Of a stretch of 64,000 nt of DNA, positions 17,261 through 27,573 are shown piece by piece. The notes below the pieces were generated by a model, which saw only the letters and a program-made list of their open reading frames with translations, did no database searches and was not told the origin of the DNA. The DNA lies in IMG/VR virus record IMGVR_UViG_3300028676_000005, positions 124,001 to 188,000 of that record; one strand, given 5' to 3'. How positions within the stretch are numbered: the stretch's first letter is position 1; the number at the start of each line of letters is the position of its first letter. The position numbers and the translations under genes are program-made.

Positions 17261-19729
17261 TTATATCACTAAACTGCTCTTGTTGGGTGTGCCTGGTAAA
17301 GTGAGCCCTTCGTACTTGAAGGCAATTACGTTAGGGTCTTTCAGAATACCATACTGCCCAAAATAGTGGGACACCATGAACAGCTGACGAGCGCCTTTGC
17401 TCTGGGTATATTCTTGAATGAAGTTAAAGAAGCGCCCGCGTTTGATTTCGTCAAACGAAACACCAACTTCATCCATTACCAATGGAGCAGGCCAACCAAT
17501 GTAGGAAGCCATTACAAAACGAAATGCCCAGTCAATCATATCAGACTCACCAGCGCTGCAATCAGATATATCAGGCGTAGGATCTGCTTCGCCAGTCACC
17601 ACTGGAAACTTGTAGTTAAGATCACCATTGTCATTGCTGCACGGTTTAACGTACAAAGTGGTATTCCACACTTGTCTGATTACGTTGTTGATGTTACCAC
17701 ACAGGGTATTAATGAAATCCAACATCATCTTGCCAATCAAACCCTTGTTAGGGCATAGACCGTCCATCAAAACAGTGATAGTTGCGAGACGACGTTTCAT
17801 CCGCTCAATATCAGCGGTGATGGATTCCACAACAGCCGTAAGACTCTTGGCATTAATAATCGAGGTCATGTGTTCATTCTTGGTCACTGACAATTCGGTT
17901 ACCCGGTCGTCTACCAAATCACGAAGCTCTGCGTTTACTTTGTTATCCATCGCAATGAACAACTCGTTACGCAACAGACCTAACTCAATAACCTCTTTCT
18001 GATAATCGTTAATGCTAGCCAACTCAGAAGTAAACAAGGTTACTTTACGACGATAAAAGTTAATAAAGCCATTTTCACGAGTAAGTTGTTTTTCAAGATC
18101 CTTAACGTGGTTAGCTACTTCCAAGAGATTGTCTTTGTTAACAAGCTCTACACGGTTGTCAGCTAGGGCTTTCTCTACCAGCAGGGTGTCTTTATAGCTA
18201 ATGAGTTTATGGCGTTCCAGGTAAACATCCAGGAGGTTACAGAGCCTGCTAGAAGGAACCTTGCCAATGTCATACTCACGGATCAATGCGTGCAGCACAC
18301 GAACGTTGCTGTTCTCACGAATAAACCCAAGCAACTGATTCATCGAGCTAAACCACTCCGCATCGTTTTCAATGAGATTGGCTAGTTCTTTGATACGATC
18401 TTCAATACGCTTAATGTTTTCGCGAATGTTAATAATCAACTCTTGGGTGGTGCTAATATCCTTAGCAGTAAACCCAATTTTAAATTTAGAGGTGCAATCA
18501 GGGCACTCTACTGTCTCGGCATTTTGATAATGCTTTAACTTGTGTTCCGCCTGACTAAGGTTAGACTTTACATGCCGTAATTCATTTGCCAGCTGGTCAC
18601 TTTCATTACCATACTGCTTGTATGCCAAACTGGTCAGGTTTTCATCACTAACCAAGATAACTTTGCTTAGCAGATCTCTGAATGCGTTGGCAACGTTCTC
18701 CAGACCTTCCATAGGCGCGTCTGGGTCATTAAAGACGGCTTGGTTTTCTAGCAGTCCGGTATGCCTGGCAATGCTAGCCTCAGTGCGCACCAGATCTTCA
18801 CTGATAACCTTGGCTTGCTCAGTAAAAGCAGTTGGGTCTTGCAGCAAGTCGTCTAACCCATCCAGAAAGCCAGAGTGCTCTGCGATAGCGCCTTTGAGCA
18901 CGTTAGCTTTATCTTGGTGAGAGTAGAGTAAATTCTCTGCCGTTTCAAGAGCACTAACATATTCGTCTTTGCTCATCTGAACACCGCTTAACTTGTTAAC
19001 TGTTAGTTTGGTAACCAACAATTTAAAACGAGCAAGTTTGGAATTCAGCTCCGGATCTAGTTTAGCACTCTCCAGACGACCACGAAGAAGCAACGCCTTA
19101 GTAAGTTCGCTATCAACCTCCTTGACACGTCGCTCAAGCTCTTCTACGCCACAACCGTTAATAACACTAAGCTTATTGCTTTCCGCTGTGTGACGAGCAA
19201 TCTGGTTCTTAATAGCGCCTTTGATATCGTTGCGCTCTTGACGGAGTTTATTGTAAACCCCCATCGCATAGCTGGTGTCGTTTGGATAGATCTGAAGAAT
19301 AACTTCTTTACGACGGTTAGCACTCATGGTAGAGAAACGGTCAATCATCTTAATGCCGTTAAGCACTCGAATGAGACCAGCGTCAATTGTACCAAAGTGA
19401 TTACGCACCAATTCGTTAAAAGCAGTACTGGTACCACCAGTGTTTAATTCAGGCCCGTTATCTATTTTAAAGCTATGGCCATTACCCACACCTGTTCTGC
19501 TGGTAAGTTTATAAGTCTTACCGTTCATCTTCCATTCGGTGTATTTACGGCCCGCTTTATAGTTACCGTTCTCAGCAGCCCATGGATTAAGTTCTCGTAG
19601 AACAGAACTCTTGCCGACACCGTTAGGAGCGATCAGCAAGTTAATCATATGTTTGGTGTCAAGTTCTACCTTGGTAATTCCACTAGAAAGTAGCGGAACA
19701 TAATTTTCTAAAATTACTTTTGTCAACAT
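17261..19729 (-). CDS. sbcC: SbcC/Rad50-like SMC ATPase (phiKZ gp165-like)
   Basis: Walker A APNGVGKS, coiled coils, CPDC zinc hook, signature CSAGE, Walker B LVMDE, VSH. Confidence 0.9.
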   Translation of the reverse strand: MLTKVILENYVPLLSSGITKVELDTKHMINLLIAPNGVGKSSVLRELNPWAAENGNYKAGRKYTEWKMNGKTYKLTSRTGVGNGHSFKIDNGPELNTGGTSTAFNELVRNHFGTIDAGLIRVLNGIKMIDRFSTMSANRRKEVILQIYPNDTSYAMGVYNKLRQERNDIKGAIKNQIARHTAESNKLSVINGCGVEELERRVKEVDSELTKALLLRGRLESAKLDPELNSKLARFKLLVTKLTVNKLSGVQMSKDEYVSALETAENLLYSHQDKANVLKGAIAEHSGFLDGLDDLLQDPTAFTEQAKVISEDLVRTEASIARHTGLLENQAVFNDPDAPMEGLENVANAFRDLLSKVILVSDENLTSLAYKQYGNESDQLANELRHVKSNLSQAEHKLKHYQNAETVECPDCTSKFKIGFTAKDISTTQELIINIRENIKRIEDRIKELANLIENDAEWFSSMNQLLGFIRENSNVRVLHALIREYDIGKVPSSRLCNLLDVYLERHKLISYKDTLLVEKALADNRVELVNKDNLLEVANHVKDLEKQLTRENGFINFYRRKVTLFTSELASINDYQKEVIELGLLRNELFIAMDNKVNAELRDLVDDRVTELSVTKNEHMTSIINAKSLTAVVESITADIERMKRRLATITVLMDGLCPNKGLIGKMMLDFINTLCGNINNVIRQVWNTTLYVKPCSNDNGDLNYKFPVVTGEADPTPDISDCSAGESDMIDWAFRFVMASYIGWPAPLVMDEVGVSFDEIKRGRFFNFIQEYTQSKGARQLFMVSHYFGQYGILKDPNVIAFKYEGLTLPGTPNKSSLVI

Positions 19730-19780
19730 GGTAGAAACACCTATTGAGTTTAATTCTCTCTAAAGTATTCGGAGCGCAGT

Positions 19781-20776
19781 ATGAGTTTATTATCGCCCTT
19801 GGGTATGGGGACAGTTACAGCGACTAAAGATACAGACACAAATGAGATTATGGTTTACGTTCCAGGACTGTTCCCGCAGGCTGAGGGTCGAACAGTTGCC
19901 AACGTAGAACGAGTAGAGCGCTCTAGTAAAAATGCTTATGGCGAAGACGTAAGTAGCATCAGCATGAAGTCCAACTCCATTCCAGCAGTTTGGAAGAAGA
20001 TGGACAACAGCAACCGGATATCCTCGCCAGACGTTCGAGAAGGTAGCCAGGTTGCCGTTTACAAGGCTTCCGGACAAAACCAGTACTATTGGACTCTTGA
20101 TGGGGTAAACCCTGAGACGTTCCGCTTAGAGACCGTCATGCATGGTTGGAGTGCTAACCCTAATCTTGATGAGAATACCCCGTTTGATGTAAACAACTTT
20201 TACATCTGGGTAATGGATACTCGAAGTGGGTTGGTGCAATTACGAACAACCCAGGCTAACGGTGAAGCAGCGGCTTTTGATATTCAGATTAATACGGCTG
20301 CCGGAACACTTACTGTTGGGACTAATGACTCGTTAACTACAATTAACGATCCAGATCAGTCATACACCTATCAGAACTCGGAAGGTGCGACGTTTAACAT
20401 TGCCAGGAAATCTGCTAGTCTTTATCTGCCAGAGAACTTACAGCTCTTTGCTGATGAAATGATTGCGATTAAAACTAAAGCCCTTTTTGTTCAAGCGGAA
20501 ACGGCTGAAGTGGATATCGGTCTTACCAAATGGAAAGGTAAGGTTGAACGAACTGGTGATACTGAACAAATTGGCAACTATACTCAGGTTGGCGATTACA
20601 CTCAAACTGGTATGTACAAACATATGGGTGACGTGGATCGTACTGGTAACAGTGTTAGCACTGGTACTGTTATTGGCATGACAGACGTTCGTACCATGAC
20701 TGTAAGTCTTAACTTCCACTTCCATGGTGGTGTTGACAACGGTAATGGTTACACTACTCCTCCTCTACCAAGTTGA
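19781..20776 (+). CDS. baseplate central spike (phiKZ gp164-like)
   Basis: 6-residue G-D/N-x-x-Q-x beta-helix repeats; C-terminal HFH (HxH) metal tip; divergent from sbcC. Confidence 0.75.
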   Translation: MSLLSPLGMGTVTATKDTDTNEIMVYVPGLFPQAEGRTVANVERVERSSKNAYGEDVSSISMKSNSIPAVWKKMDNSNRISSPDVREGSQVAVYKASGQNQYYWTLDGVNPETFRLETVMHGWSANPNLDENTPFDVNNFYIWVMDTRSGLVQLRTTQANGEAAAFDIQINTAAGTLTVGTNDSLTTINDPDQSYTYQNSEGATFNIARKSASLYLPENLQLFADEMIAIKTKALFVQAETAEVDIGLTKWKGKVERTGDTEQIGNYTQVGDYTQTGMYKHMGDVDRTGNSVSTGTVIGMTDVRTMTVSLNFHFHGGVDNGNGYTTPPLPS

Positions 20777-20788
20777 AACGCACCCATA

Positions 20789-20821
20789 CTACCCCTACAG
20801 GCTTTTGGCCTGTAGGGGTAG
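20789..20821. terminator. bidirectional terminator between convergent genes
   Basis: CTACCCCTACAGGC / GCCTGTAGGGGTAG 14-bp stem. Confidence 0.75.
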
Positions 20822-20831
20822 GGGTTTATAT

Positions 20832-23723
20832 TTAAATGCGGTCTCGTTGCGTAAAGAACTTGTTAGGTCCCAATGCGCCGTCATCTTCAAAGTAAGGCAC
20901 TGCGGTACCACGTCTTGAACTGCTCACCAAATGGTTAGCAACAACCAAGTAATTACGGTTCATTTCCAAGACACCGTTAGTAGCCACACCAAACATTACC
21001 TCAGAGTTGCTAACTTCACGAATCTTGTCAGACCCAAATGCAGACAACCCATACCCAGTTTTGGCCAGGTAGCAGTAAGTAACACCGCTAGGATTTACTT
21101 TGATGCTTTGTCCTTGGTAAATGGTGTAACCAGTACCTGCAATAACCACTTTAATCCCAGATGGCAAATAGACCCAACCACTGTCATTTTTGGAATAGGG
21201 ATCAAGAGTTACAGAAGGAGCCGACAACTGCACCATTAACGTAGAGAAGCGACTATCACGACTAGGGTCATAGATAAACAACCCAATTTCGTGCAGCACA
21301 AATGGTGGGTACAACTCTTCAACGATGTCCACAGACTTCATGTTGCTGTACAACCGAGCGGGGTTATTAACTCGTCCCACAACGGCTGGATTTGCTGTTG
21401 ACAATCCGGTAATGCGGAAACCCACATCTCCGTACACGTTACCATAGACACGGTTGATAGCGACATCAAAGGTATCCGAGCCAGAGCGATACGCAATAAG
21501 GTCACTGAAAACCATAGCAACACTGTCACCTGATGCCGAAGTACGCGAGTTACCGTACGGAGCGGTTACAGGAGCGGTTACAGGAGTTTGTGCCAGAGCA
21601 CCGTTAACAAAGTCCAATGTAAACAACCCATTAGCAATGCTGTACGGGGCAATACCAATTTCCACATAACCCAAACCGTCTGAGACAGCGTACACGGCTT
21701 TGTTGTAAGCCAGTGCATACACTTGAATCTGTAGCTCACGCAATGCCACCAGACGAGGGTCTGGGTTGACCACAGCAGCCCTGCCAATGAAATCTGCCGC
21801 TCGACTTTGAATAGACAAGAGACTAGATGGATTCAGTGCTACAGGGTTTTGCAATGTCAGTGTGCCGTCCACGTACGAAAACGTTTGATAACCCTTGTAA
21901 GAGTTATAACGGTTGAACACCAATGCGTTAGAGTTTATTGCCGTGTTGCCTTGGGCAATGTACGAGGAGGTCCCGCTAGGAAACGCCCACATGTCTTTTC
22001 GACCAATAATAGTCAAAGGTTCCTTAACACTGTAACGGTTATTAATCAGCGGGTCGTTAACATTGCCAACGTCCCAGATGAGTTCTAACCAGTTATATTT
22101 GCTAGTGTTAGGGTCCAGGCCATAAGCCAAATAGTTTGTCCCAATGTTGTTCTTACGCAAAGGGATAATTCGATCTGGCAAAGCAGTAAAGCTCAGATGT
22201 CTGGCCGGAGTTACGTGTTCCGTAAAAGCCCTTGACGCATGCACAAACGGTCTTGGTCCAGTAGCCCAGTCTTTAAAAGACTTAAAGGTGGTATCAAACC
22301 GCTTAACCCGCAGCGCGTTCTTTGTTGCAACACCACGCACCAGCTCACCAGTACCAAGCACAACACCAGGGTTATGAATAGGCGAGTTGATGTTGTAAGC
22401 ATCGAACAGCTCAAACCATTGGGCACCAGTCGAAAGAACGCCATTAGCGTCAATGGAATCCTGGACATAGGTACCCACCGTCTTAACAGAAGCCACCCCA
22501 CCTGCCCGCAGTGTCCCTGGAATGATGGAATCCATGAAACGGAGTGTAAGAGCAATCTGTTTACCATTAGCAAGAGTAACCATTACCTTTGCCGCGATAA
22601 ACACACGTGCCTCATAATCCAAAGCGTTCCAGAACATCCCAATGACAGGAGGTGTGGATGGATCAAAGACAGCCGTAGCGCCGGCAGGCAGGCTAAGGAA
22701 GTTGCCTACGTAATAAGAATGCGGTAATTGGAATGATGCGGTGGTGGTTACCCCAATGGTCGCATAATTAGCCTGGTAATCATTACCAATGATCGGGACC
22801 AGTGTTGGGTCCGCATCAAAGGCATTTACCTGAAACCCCTTATGCTCCACTAGCAGTGTATTAGCATCCGGCAATGATGCCGCGGCAGCCAGACCTTTAT
22901 AAACCGCATCGCCAAACGAGCTAAAGAGCAAATACGACCGAGCCAGACTGGCAGACATACCAAGCTGATCTTTAAATTCGTAAATGTGCTTATCCGAGAT
23001 AGACTTAAAGAAGTTTACTTTGCCAGTTGAGGATTTAGCAGCGATCCCATTCCAGCAAAGTCCTTCCAGGCTACCAACTACGTTTGGGATTTCTTCCAGT
23101 TGAGTCTTGCGGGTAACTAACGCAGGACCACTCAAGAACAAACTATCCCTGGCATATACGGTGTCGTCTTGAGGAACTGAGAACACCATGCGGTCAGCGT
23201 TAAGCAAGATGGTAGCCCGGTTGTCCATTCCTGCAACACCAAGATAACGTATTGCTTCTACCGTTGGAGGTGGGGAAGTCGGATAGCCGTCTGGATAAAA
23301 ATACGACGCCATTTGAAGGACGTTGTTTTGTTGGTAACCGTCACTATTAAAAACAGGCTGGTTTAGTGCAATAGACTGAAACGCACCTTGTACAGTAACA
23401 AAGGCGTTTACATCAGTCAGTGCGCGCTGTTCCGCGAGTGTAGCTGTGCGGTAGTTATCTTTCTTACCAAGGCCTACGGTTGTCTTTGTTTCTCCGTGGA
23501 CCGCCCCCTGCTTAGCAATGTGGTTAGCAATGGGGATTACCACATCATTGACGAATTTGTTAATGTTGCTTTGGAAATCTAACAGCTTTGTTTTAGTTGA
23601 ATCGTTGTAGCTAGCCGTTTGCTCTTGAACAACGTAAGCCAGGTCGTTGAGTTTTCTGATGACTCCGCCAAACCTTGGATTAGGTTCTTCTACAAAAGGT
23701 GGTTCTCCACCGTGAATAATCAT
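20832..23723 (-). CDS. tail fibre/baseplate-associated virion protein (paralog 1)
   Basis: H..HG.TK..VGLG..DN..TA motif; C-terminal domain related to neighbours. Confidence 0.7.
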   Translation of the reverse strand: MIIHGGEPPFVEEPNPRFGGVIRKLNDLAYVVQEQTASYNDSTKTKLLDFQSNINKFVNDVVIPIANHIAKQGAVHGETKTTVGLGKKDNYRTATLAEQRALTDVNAFVTVQGAFQSIALNQPVFNSDGYQQNNVLQMASYFYPDGYPTSPPPTVEAIRYLGVAGMDNRATILLNADRMVFSVPQDDTVYARDSLFLSGPALVTRKTQLEEIPNVVGSLEGLCWNGIAAKSSTGKVNFFKSISDKHIYEFKDQLGMSASLARSYLLFSSFGDAVYKGLAAAASLPDANTLLVEHKGFQVNAFDADPTLVPIIGNDYQANYATIGVTTTASFQLPHSYYVGNFLSLPAGATAVFDPSTPPVIGMFWNALDYEARVFIAAKVMVTLANGKQIALTLRFMDSIIPGTLRAGGVASVKTVGTYVQDSIDANGVLSTGAQWFELFDAYNINSPIHNPGVVLGTGELVRGVATKNALRVKRFDTTFKSFKDWATGPRPFVHASRAFTEHVTPARHLSFTALPDRIIPLRKNNIGTNYLAYGLDPNTSKYNWLELIWDVGNVNDPLINNRYSVKEPLTIIGRKDMWAFPSGTSSYIAQGNTAINSNALVFNRYNSYKGYQTFSYVDGTLTLQNPVALNPSSLLSIQSRAADFIGRAAVVNPDPRLVALRELQIQVYALAYNKAVYAVSDGLGYVEIGIAPYSIANGLFTLDFVNGALAQTPVTAPVTAPYGNSRTSASGDSVAMVFSDLIAYRSGSDTFDVAINRVYGNVYGDVGFRITGLSTANPAVVGRVNNPARLYSNMKSVDIVEELYPPFVLHEIGLFIYDPSRDSRFSTLMVQLSAPSVTLDPYSKNDSGWVYLPSGIKVVIAGTGYTIYQGQSIKVNPSGVTYCYLAKTGYGLSAFGSDKIREVSNSEVMFGVATNGVLEMNRNYLVVANHLVSSSRRGTAVPYFEDDGALGPNKFFTQRDRI

Positions 23724-23780
23724 AACCCACTCCTGTTAAAGCCCGGGGCAAGGGAAATCCCCCACCCCAGGTACATAAAG

Positions 23781-26700
23781 TTACGGAAGCAACTCGGACT
23801 CTTTCAAGAAGATAAAACTACCGTCTTCTTGTGGGAACCCAGAACTAATTGGAATGCTGCCACCTTGACGACTGTAACTCAACTCAAGATCACCGATCAT
23901 AAACGACTGGCGGCGTTCAATAGTCAAGATTTGGTTTGCACCAGTTTTAATAATCGCACCAAGGATCATTGTGTTGGAGTGACGAAGTTTGACGCTACTG
24001 ACTACATAACGTGTTGTCTGATCTTCTACCGTAGCGTATAACCAAAAGGTTTTATTCTGCGGTGCTGGATCAATATCACGTAAGTCAATAGTTCCAAGCG
24101 GCATCCGATAAAGAGTACCGTTAAACATCACCTCAACGTTTTCCAAAATGAAGATAGCCCAACCAACTTCCGGATAACTGGTGATCACTGAATAGTAGTC
24201 GGTTCCTCCGTCAGGGCGAACCAATGGCATCGTTCGAGATGAGCCACCCGATGGGTCAGTAGACACACCCGTGTTAGTCCAGTCTCTTACAGACGCGTTA
24301 TACGTATCAGGAGTATCGATACGGTATTTGGTCAACCCGGCTCTAGGGATTGCACAAACGATATCACCGACGCTAGCACCAGCATGATCGGCACCCAGTT
24401 GGCTAAAGGCGCCTGTTGCAATGTTCAGATCAAAAACAGTGCAATCAAAAGTACCCCCAAACGCAGTCATCCCAGAAGTTAGGAAGCATTTCAAAACATT
24501 TCCGTTCCGATAAAACGTAAAGAAAGGTCTGTTCGAGAAATGTACCTGCCCACCCATCAGCCCCACAGATAAACTGTAATGTTGCAGATAAACCTGGGTA
24601 TTCCCAACAATCTGGAAGTCAGTGATCAAATGACAACCTGGGTGAGCTGAAGTAGGAGCTTCTACTACTAAGTTAACCAAGAATATTTGAGCGTCATAAG
24701 TACCGGTATTCGCGGCTGCGGTGGTCGGGTACTTAACATACAGCAACGCTTTATTCATTCCCTGGAAAACACCGCCGGCCTCATCGTTTAAAACAAACAA
24801 CGAAAATGACCAGTAGGCACTTTGCTTAGCCGCTGGAATAAGCGCTCTCGCTTTATCCTTTATGCTTGGAGCCAGCCCGTAGTAATCGTTTGGCGTATAC
24901 ATCATGCGCTGATTAATGACATCCAGCTTTTTGGTGAAGGTCTTAGGAAAAGACAGGAACGCACCTTGCTCATTAAGCGCCCGAAATGCAGCACTCGGGA
25001 ACGTAGTTAGTGGTGCGTAGCTTGGGTAAGCAGCGGATGAGAACCCGCACGCACTCAAGCTCATGGTCCCACAGTCCACACCACGACTAGCCAACTCAGC
25101 AGCAGTACCAGTCCCGGAGATAACTCCTTCAAGGTTAGACATGTTTGTCTTGTAAACCTTGTTAGTAAGCGGTCTCGAGTACAACGGCGCCAGCTCCTTG
25201 TTAAAGACAGCCGGACGAATTGCATACCCGCCGCTTACTTCCCGGCAAACAATTTCCGGATAAGGCAACCCTGCCGCTTTATCAGCAACAATAGTCGTCT
25301 GGGTCATGAAGTTCTCTCCATCCCCCTCATAAGCAACCCAACGGTTAGCAACACCAATTGGGATAGGAGTCTGAATACTTCTTGACCTTACGTTCCAGGC
25401 ATTTACTTTAAGCCGGTCGTAACTGAGATCGCCAGACAACAGCTGTTCTGCTGTGGTAAGGTGTGTTCCATTAATGAGATCGAATGTGTGGTACTCAATC
25501 ATTGAGTTAAGTGGAGACACCTCTTGGTTGGGTGCCGTCGAACTCATTAACTTTTCCCCATTCGGTGTAACGATTGTGGCTACCGAATGATATCTAACCA
25601 TAGACCCGTACCAAGGGGCAAATTTGTTGAGGTCAACAGTTGCAACGTTACCGCCCAAATCGTTTACAAAGTCAACGTTTAGTGGAGGCTGCTTGTAAAC
25701 AAGTGTCATTACCCCCGTGTCAACGTTAAACTCATAAACCATGTGGGTTGCGGTTCGAGAACTGTTAAACCCTGTGCCAGGCACAACCCATGACAAAAGG
25801 GTATAACCCAACCAACTGTAGTAGTAAACACTAGGCGCGTTAGATTTCTTGGCGTAAAGGTTTACTCCTCGATAGTTAAACGAGCCGACATTGGCTGGTG
25901 GTTGAAGTTGGTTGAAGGTGTATCGCCCCCATTTGCTAACCAGGCTATTGTTCACAACCTTAGACGCGTAGTTCCAGCTGTTAACGTTTGTATATTGAAC
26001 TCCGTCGTAATCCTGATAGGTGACCTTAAGAAGCTGCCAGGTAGCTGGAGTTCCGTCAATCAAAGATTTCTTTGGAATACGGAAACGAACAATACGACCT
26101 TGCTGGCCGTACAGATTTGGGTTGGTAGGCGCTGCATCAACCGTTAGCACCGCCCAGTCGCCCATCAAGTCAATCTTGAACTGCCAGTGATAGGGTTTCC
26201 CACTACCCCACATGCCTGCCGCATTAGGAGTCCCGCATTCCGCAAAGACGTTAGCCATATTCGTTTCAATATAGCGGTGCGAGCTTGGGTCAAAAGTGTT
26301 GCTAGTTAACGCAACAAACCAATGGTCATTTGTGGCTGGGTTGGCGTTCTTTGCATTACCAGTCATGATAATGTCATTTCCGCTACCCATGACGATGGCA
26401 TTCGGGGTTATCCCAATGTTGGTCAATACCGGCGGTTCATACTTGTAAGCAGTAAATTCAAAACTAAACGGGTTCTTTACATCCAGTGGTTTCTTTGCAT
26501 CAGAAAGCACAGAGAAGTACAGGCCTTCCGTACGACCGTCGTAGTGGTTCTGGATCAAAACAACACGACCATCGGCTTCCAGGCAAATACCCATGCATTC
26601 GCTGCGGCTACCCAGTCCTTCAAAAGAACCAGTAATGCTTGGCGGGATGTACCCGGTGGTGCCAAAACGACTGAGAGGCAGTAAGCCTGCTTTCATAATC

Positions 26701-27515
26701 TCCGACGTATCAGGAGACGACTCTTCCAAGACTGTTTGAACACCTTGAACGGTAGCAAACAAATCCGCACGAGTACCCTGGCGATGTTGATCAATCGTAC
26801 CAGTGGCAAGGTTCTCATGGTTGCCCAAGAGTACATCACCTTTGCTGGTACCATGCGGGCGGTTATAGTTACTGCCGTGTGCACGCAATGCTTGGAACTG
26901 GGAATCACGGGTTTGATACAACTTATCAAAAGCTGCACGAATGGCCGCATCAACCCCAGCTTCAATTGTAGGGTCCTTGGTAGAAATGGTTGCTTCCAGA
27001 TATTTAAAGAACCAGGTAAATTCAAACCAGTCCCCAATTTCTGTTTTAACGTTGTGGCTGTGCCATTCGCTTGGAAGGGTGGGCGGTACGTTAAATACCT
27101 TACTCCAAGGGATAGGAGTAACACCATCACGAATCTTTGTTACCCATTCTTCCAGGCTGTTGCGAGGAACAAAGTAAGCACCAACACTGCGGTAACTGAT
27201 TTTGATTTTGGTGTTAGCTTCCAAAATCTCGTCACTAAGACGAACAAAACAAACAATGGGGCGTCCGGTGACTTCTGTGAGAGGGATGAACTCCTCTTCT
27301 AGCCAGTAGTCGCGGTCTCGTACCATTTCGGCACCAGACTCATCATAGACGGTTGTAAGAGGTAACTGACCAGGGGCTGGATAGTCACCAAAGAAAGGGG
27401 AGCCGTTTGGGATAACCCACGGGCATTTATCTTTGAGTGGAATTTCTTCCAAGTCAATCTTGTTAATTGGTTTGACGCCACGGACGTCAAATTCAACAAC
27501 GCGTAGAGTATCCAT
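23781..27515 (-). CDS. tail fibre-like virion protein (phiKZ gp145/146-like, paralog 2)
   Basis: PHGTSKGDVLLGNHENLAT; GSFEG; C-terminal YPEVGW...GTIDLRDI.P.PQNKTF. Confidence 0.75.
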   Translation of the reverse strand: MDTLRVVEFDVRGVKPINKIDLEEIPLKDKCPWVIPNGSPFFGDYPAPGQLPLTTVYDESGAEMVRDRDYWLEEEFIPLTEVTGRPIVCFVRLSDEILEANTKIKISYRSVGAYFVPRNSLEEWVTKIRDGVTPIPWSKVFNVPPTLPSEWHSHNVKTEIGDWFEFTWFFKYLEATISTKDPTIEAGVDAAIRAAFDKLYQTRDSQFQALRAHGSNYNRPHGTSKGDVLLGNHENLATGTIDQHRQGTRADLFATVQGVQTVLEESSPDTSEIMKAGLLPLSRFGTTGYIPPSITGSFEGLGSRSECMGICLEADGRVVLIQNHYDGRTEGLYFSVLSDAKKPLDVKNPFSFEFTAYKYEPPVLTNIGITPNAIVMGSGNDIIMTGNAKNANPATNDHWFVALTSNTFDPSSHRYIETNMANVFAECGTPNAAGMWGSGKPYHWQFKIDLMGDWAVLTVDAAPTNPNLYGQQGRIVRFRIPKKSLIDGTPATWQLLKVTYQDYDGVQYTNVNSWNYASKVVNNSLVSKWGRYTFNQLQPPANVGSFNYRGVNLYAKKSNAPSVYYYSWLGYTLLSWVVPGTGFNSSRTATHMVYEFNVDTGVMTLVYKQPPLNVDFVNDLGGNVATVDLNKFAPWYGSMVRYHSVATIVTPNGEKLMSSTAPNQEVSPLNSMIEYHTFDLINGTHLTTAEQLLSGDLSYDRLKVNAWNVRSRSIQTPIPIGVANRWVAYEGDGENFMTQTTIVADKAAGLPYPEIVCREVSGGYAIRPAVFNKELAPLYSRPLTNKVYKTNMSNLEGVISGTGTAAELASRGVDCGTMSLSACGFSSAAYPSYAPLTTFPSAAFRALNEQGAFLSFPKTFTKKLDVINQRMMYTPNDYYGLAPSIKDKARALIPAAKQSAYWSFSLFVLNDEAGGVFQGMNKALLYVKYPTTAAANTGTYDAQIFLVNLVVEAPTSAHPGCHLITDFQIVGNTQVYLQHYSLSVGLMGGQVHFSNRPFFTFYRNGNVLKCFLTSGMTAFGGTFDCTVFDLNIATGAFSQLGADHAGASVGDIVCAIPRAGLTKYRIDTPDTYNASVRDWTNTGVSTDPSGGSSRTMPLVRPDGGTDYYSVITSYPEVGWAIFILENVEVMFNGTLYRMPLGTIDLRDIDPAPQNKTFWLYATVEDQTTRYVVSSVKLRHSNTMILGAIIKTGANQILTIERRQSFMIGDLELSYSRQGGSIPISSGFPQEDGSFIFLKESELLP

Positions 27516-27536
27516 TACTTAGCCTTTTTAAGTTAA

Positions 27537-27565
27537 AATGGGTGCGGGTTATCCCGGCACCCATT
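27537..27565. terminator. intergenic hairpin
   Basis: AATGGGTGC...GCACCCATT stem. Confidence 0.5.
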
Positions 27566-27573
27566 CTTAACAG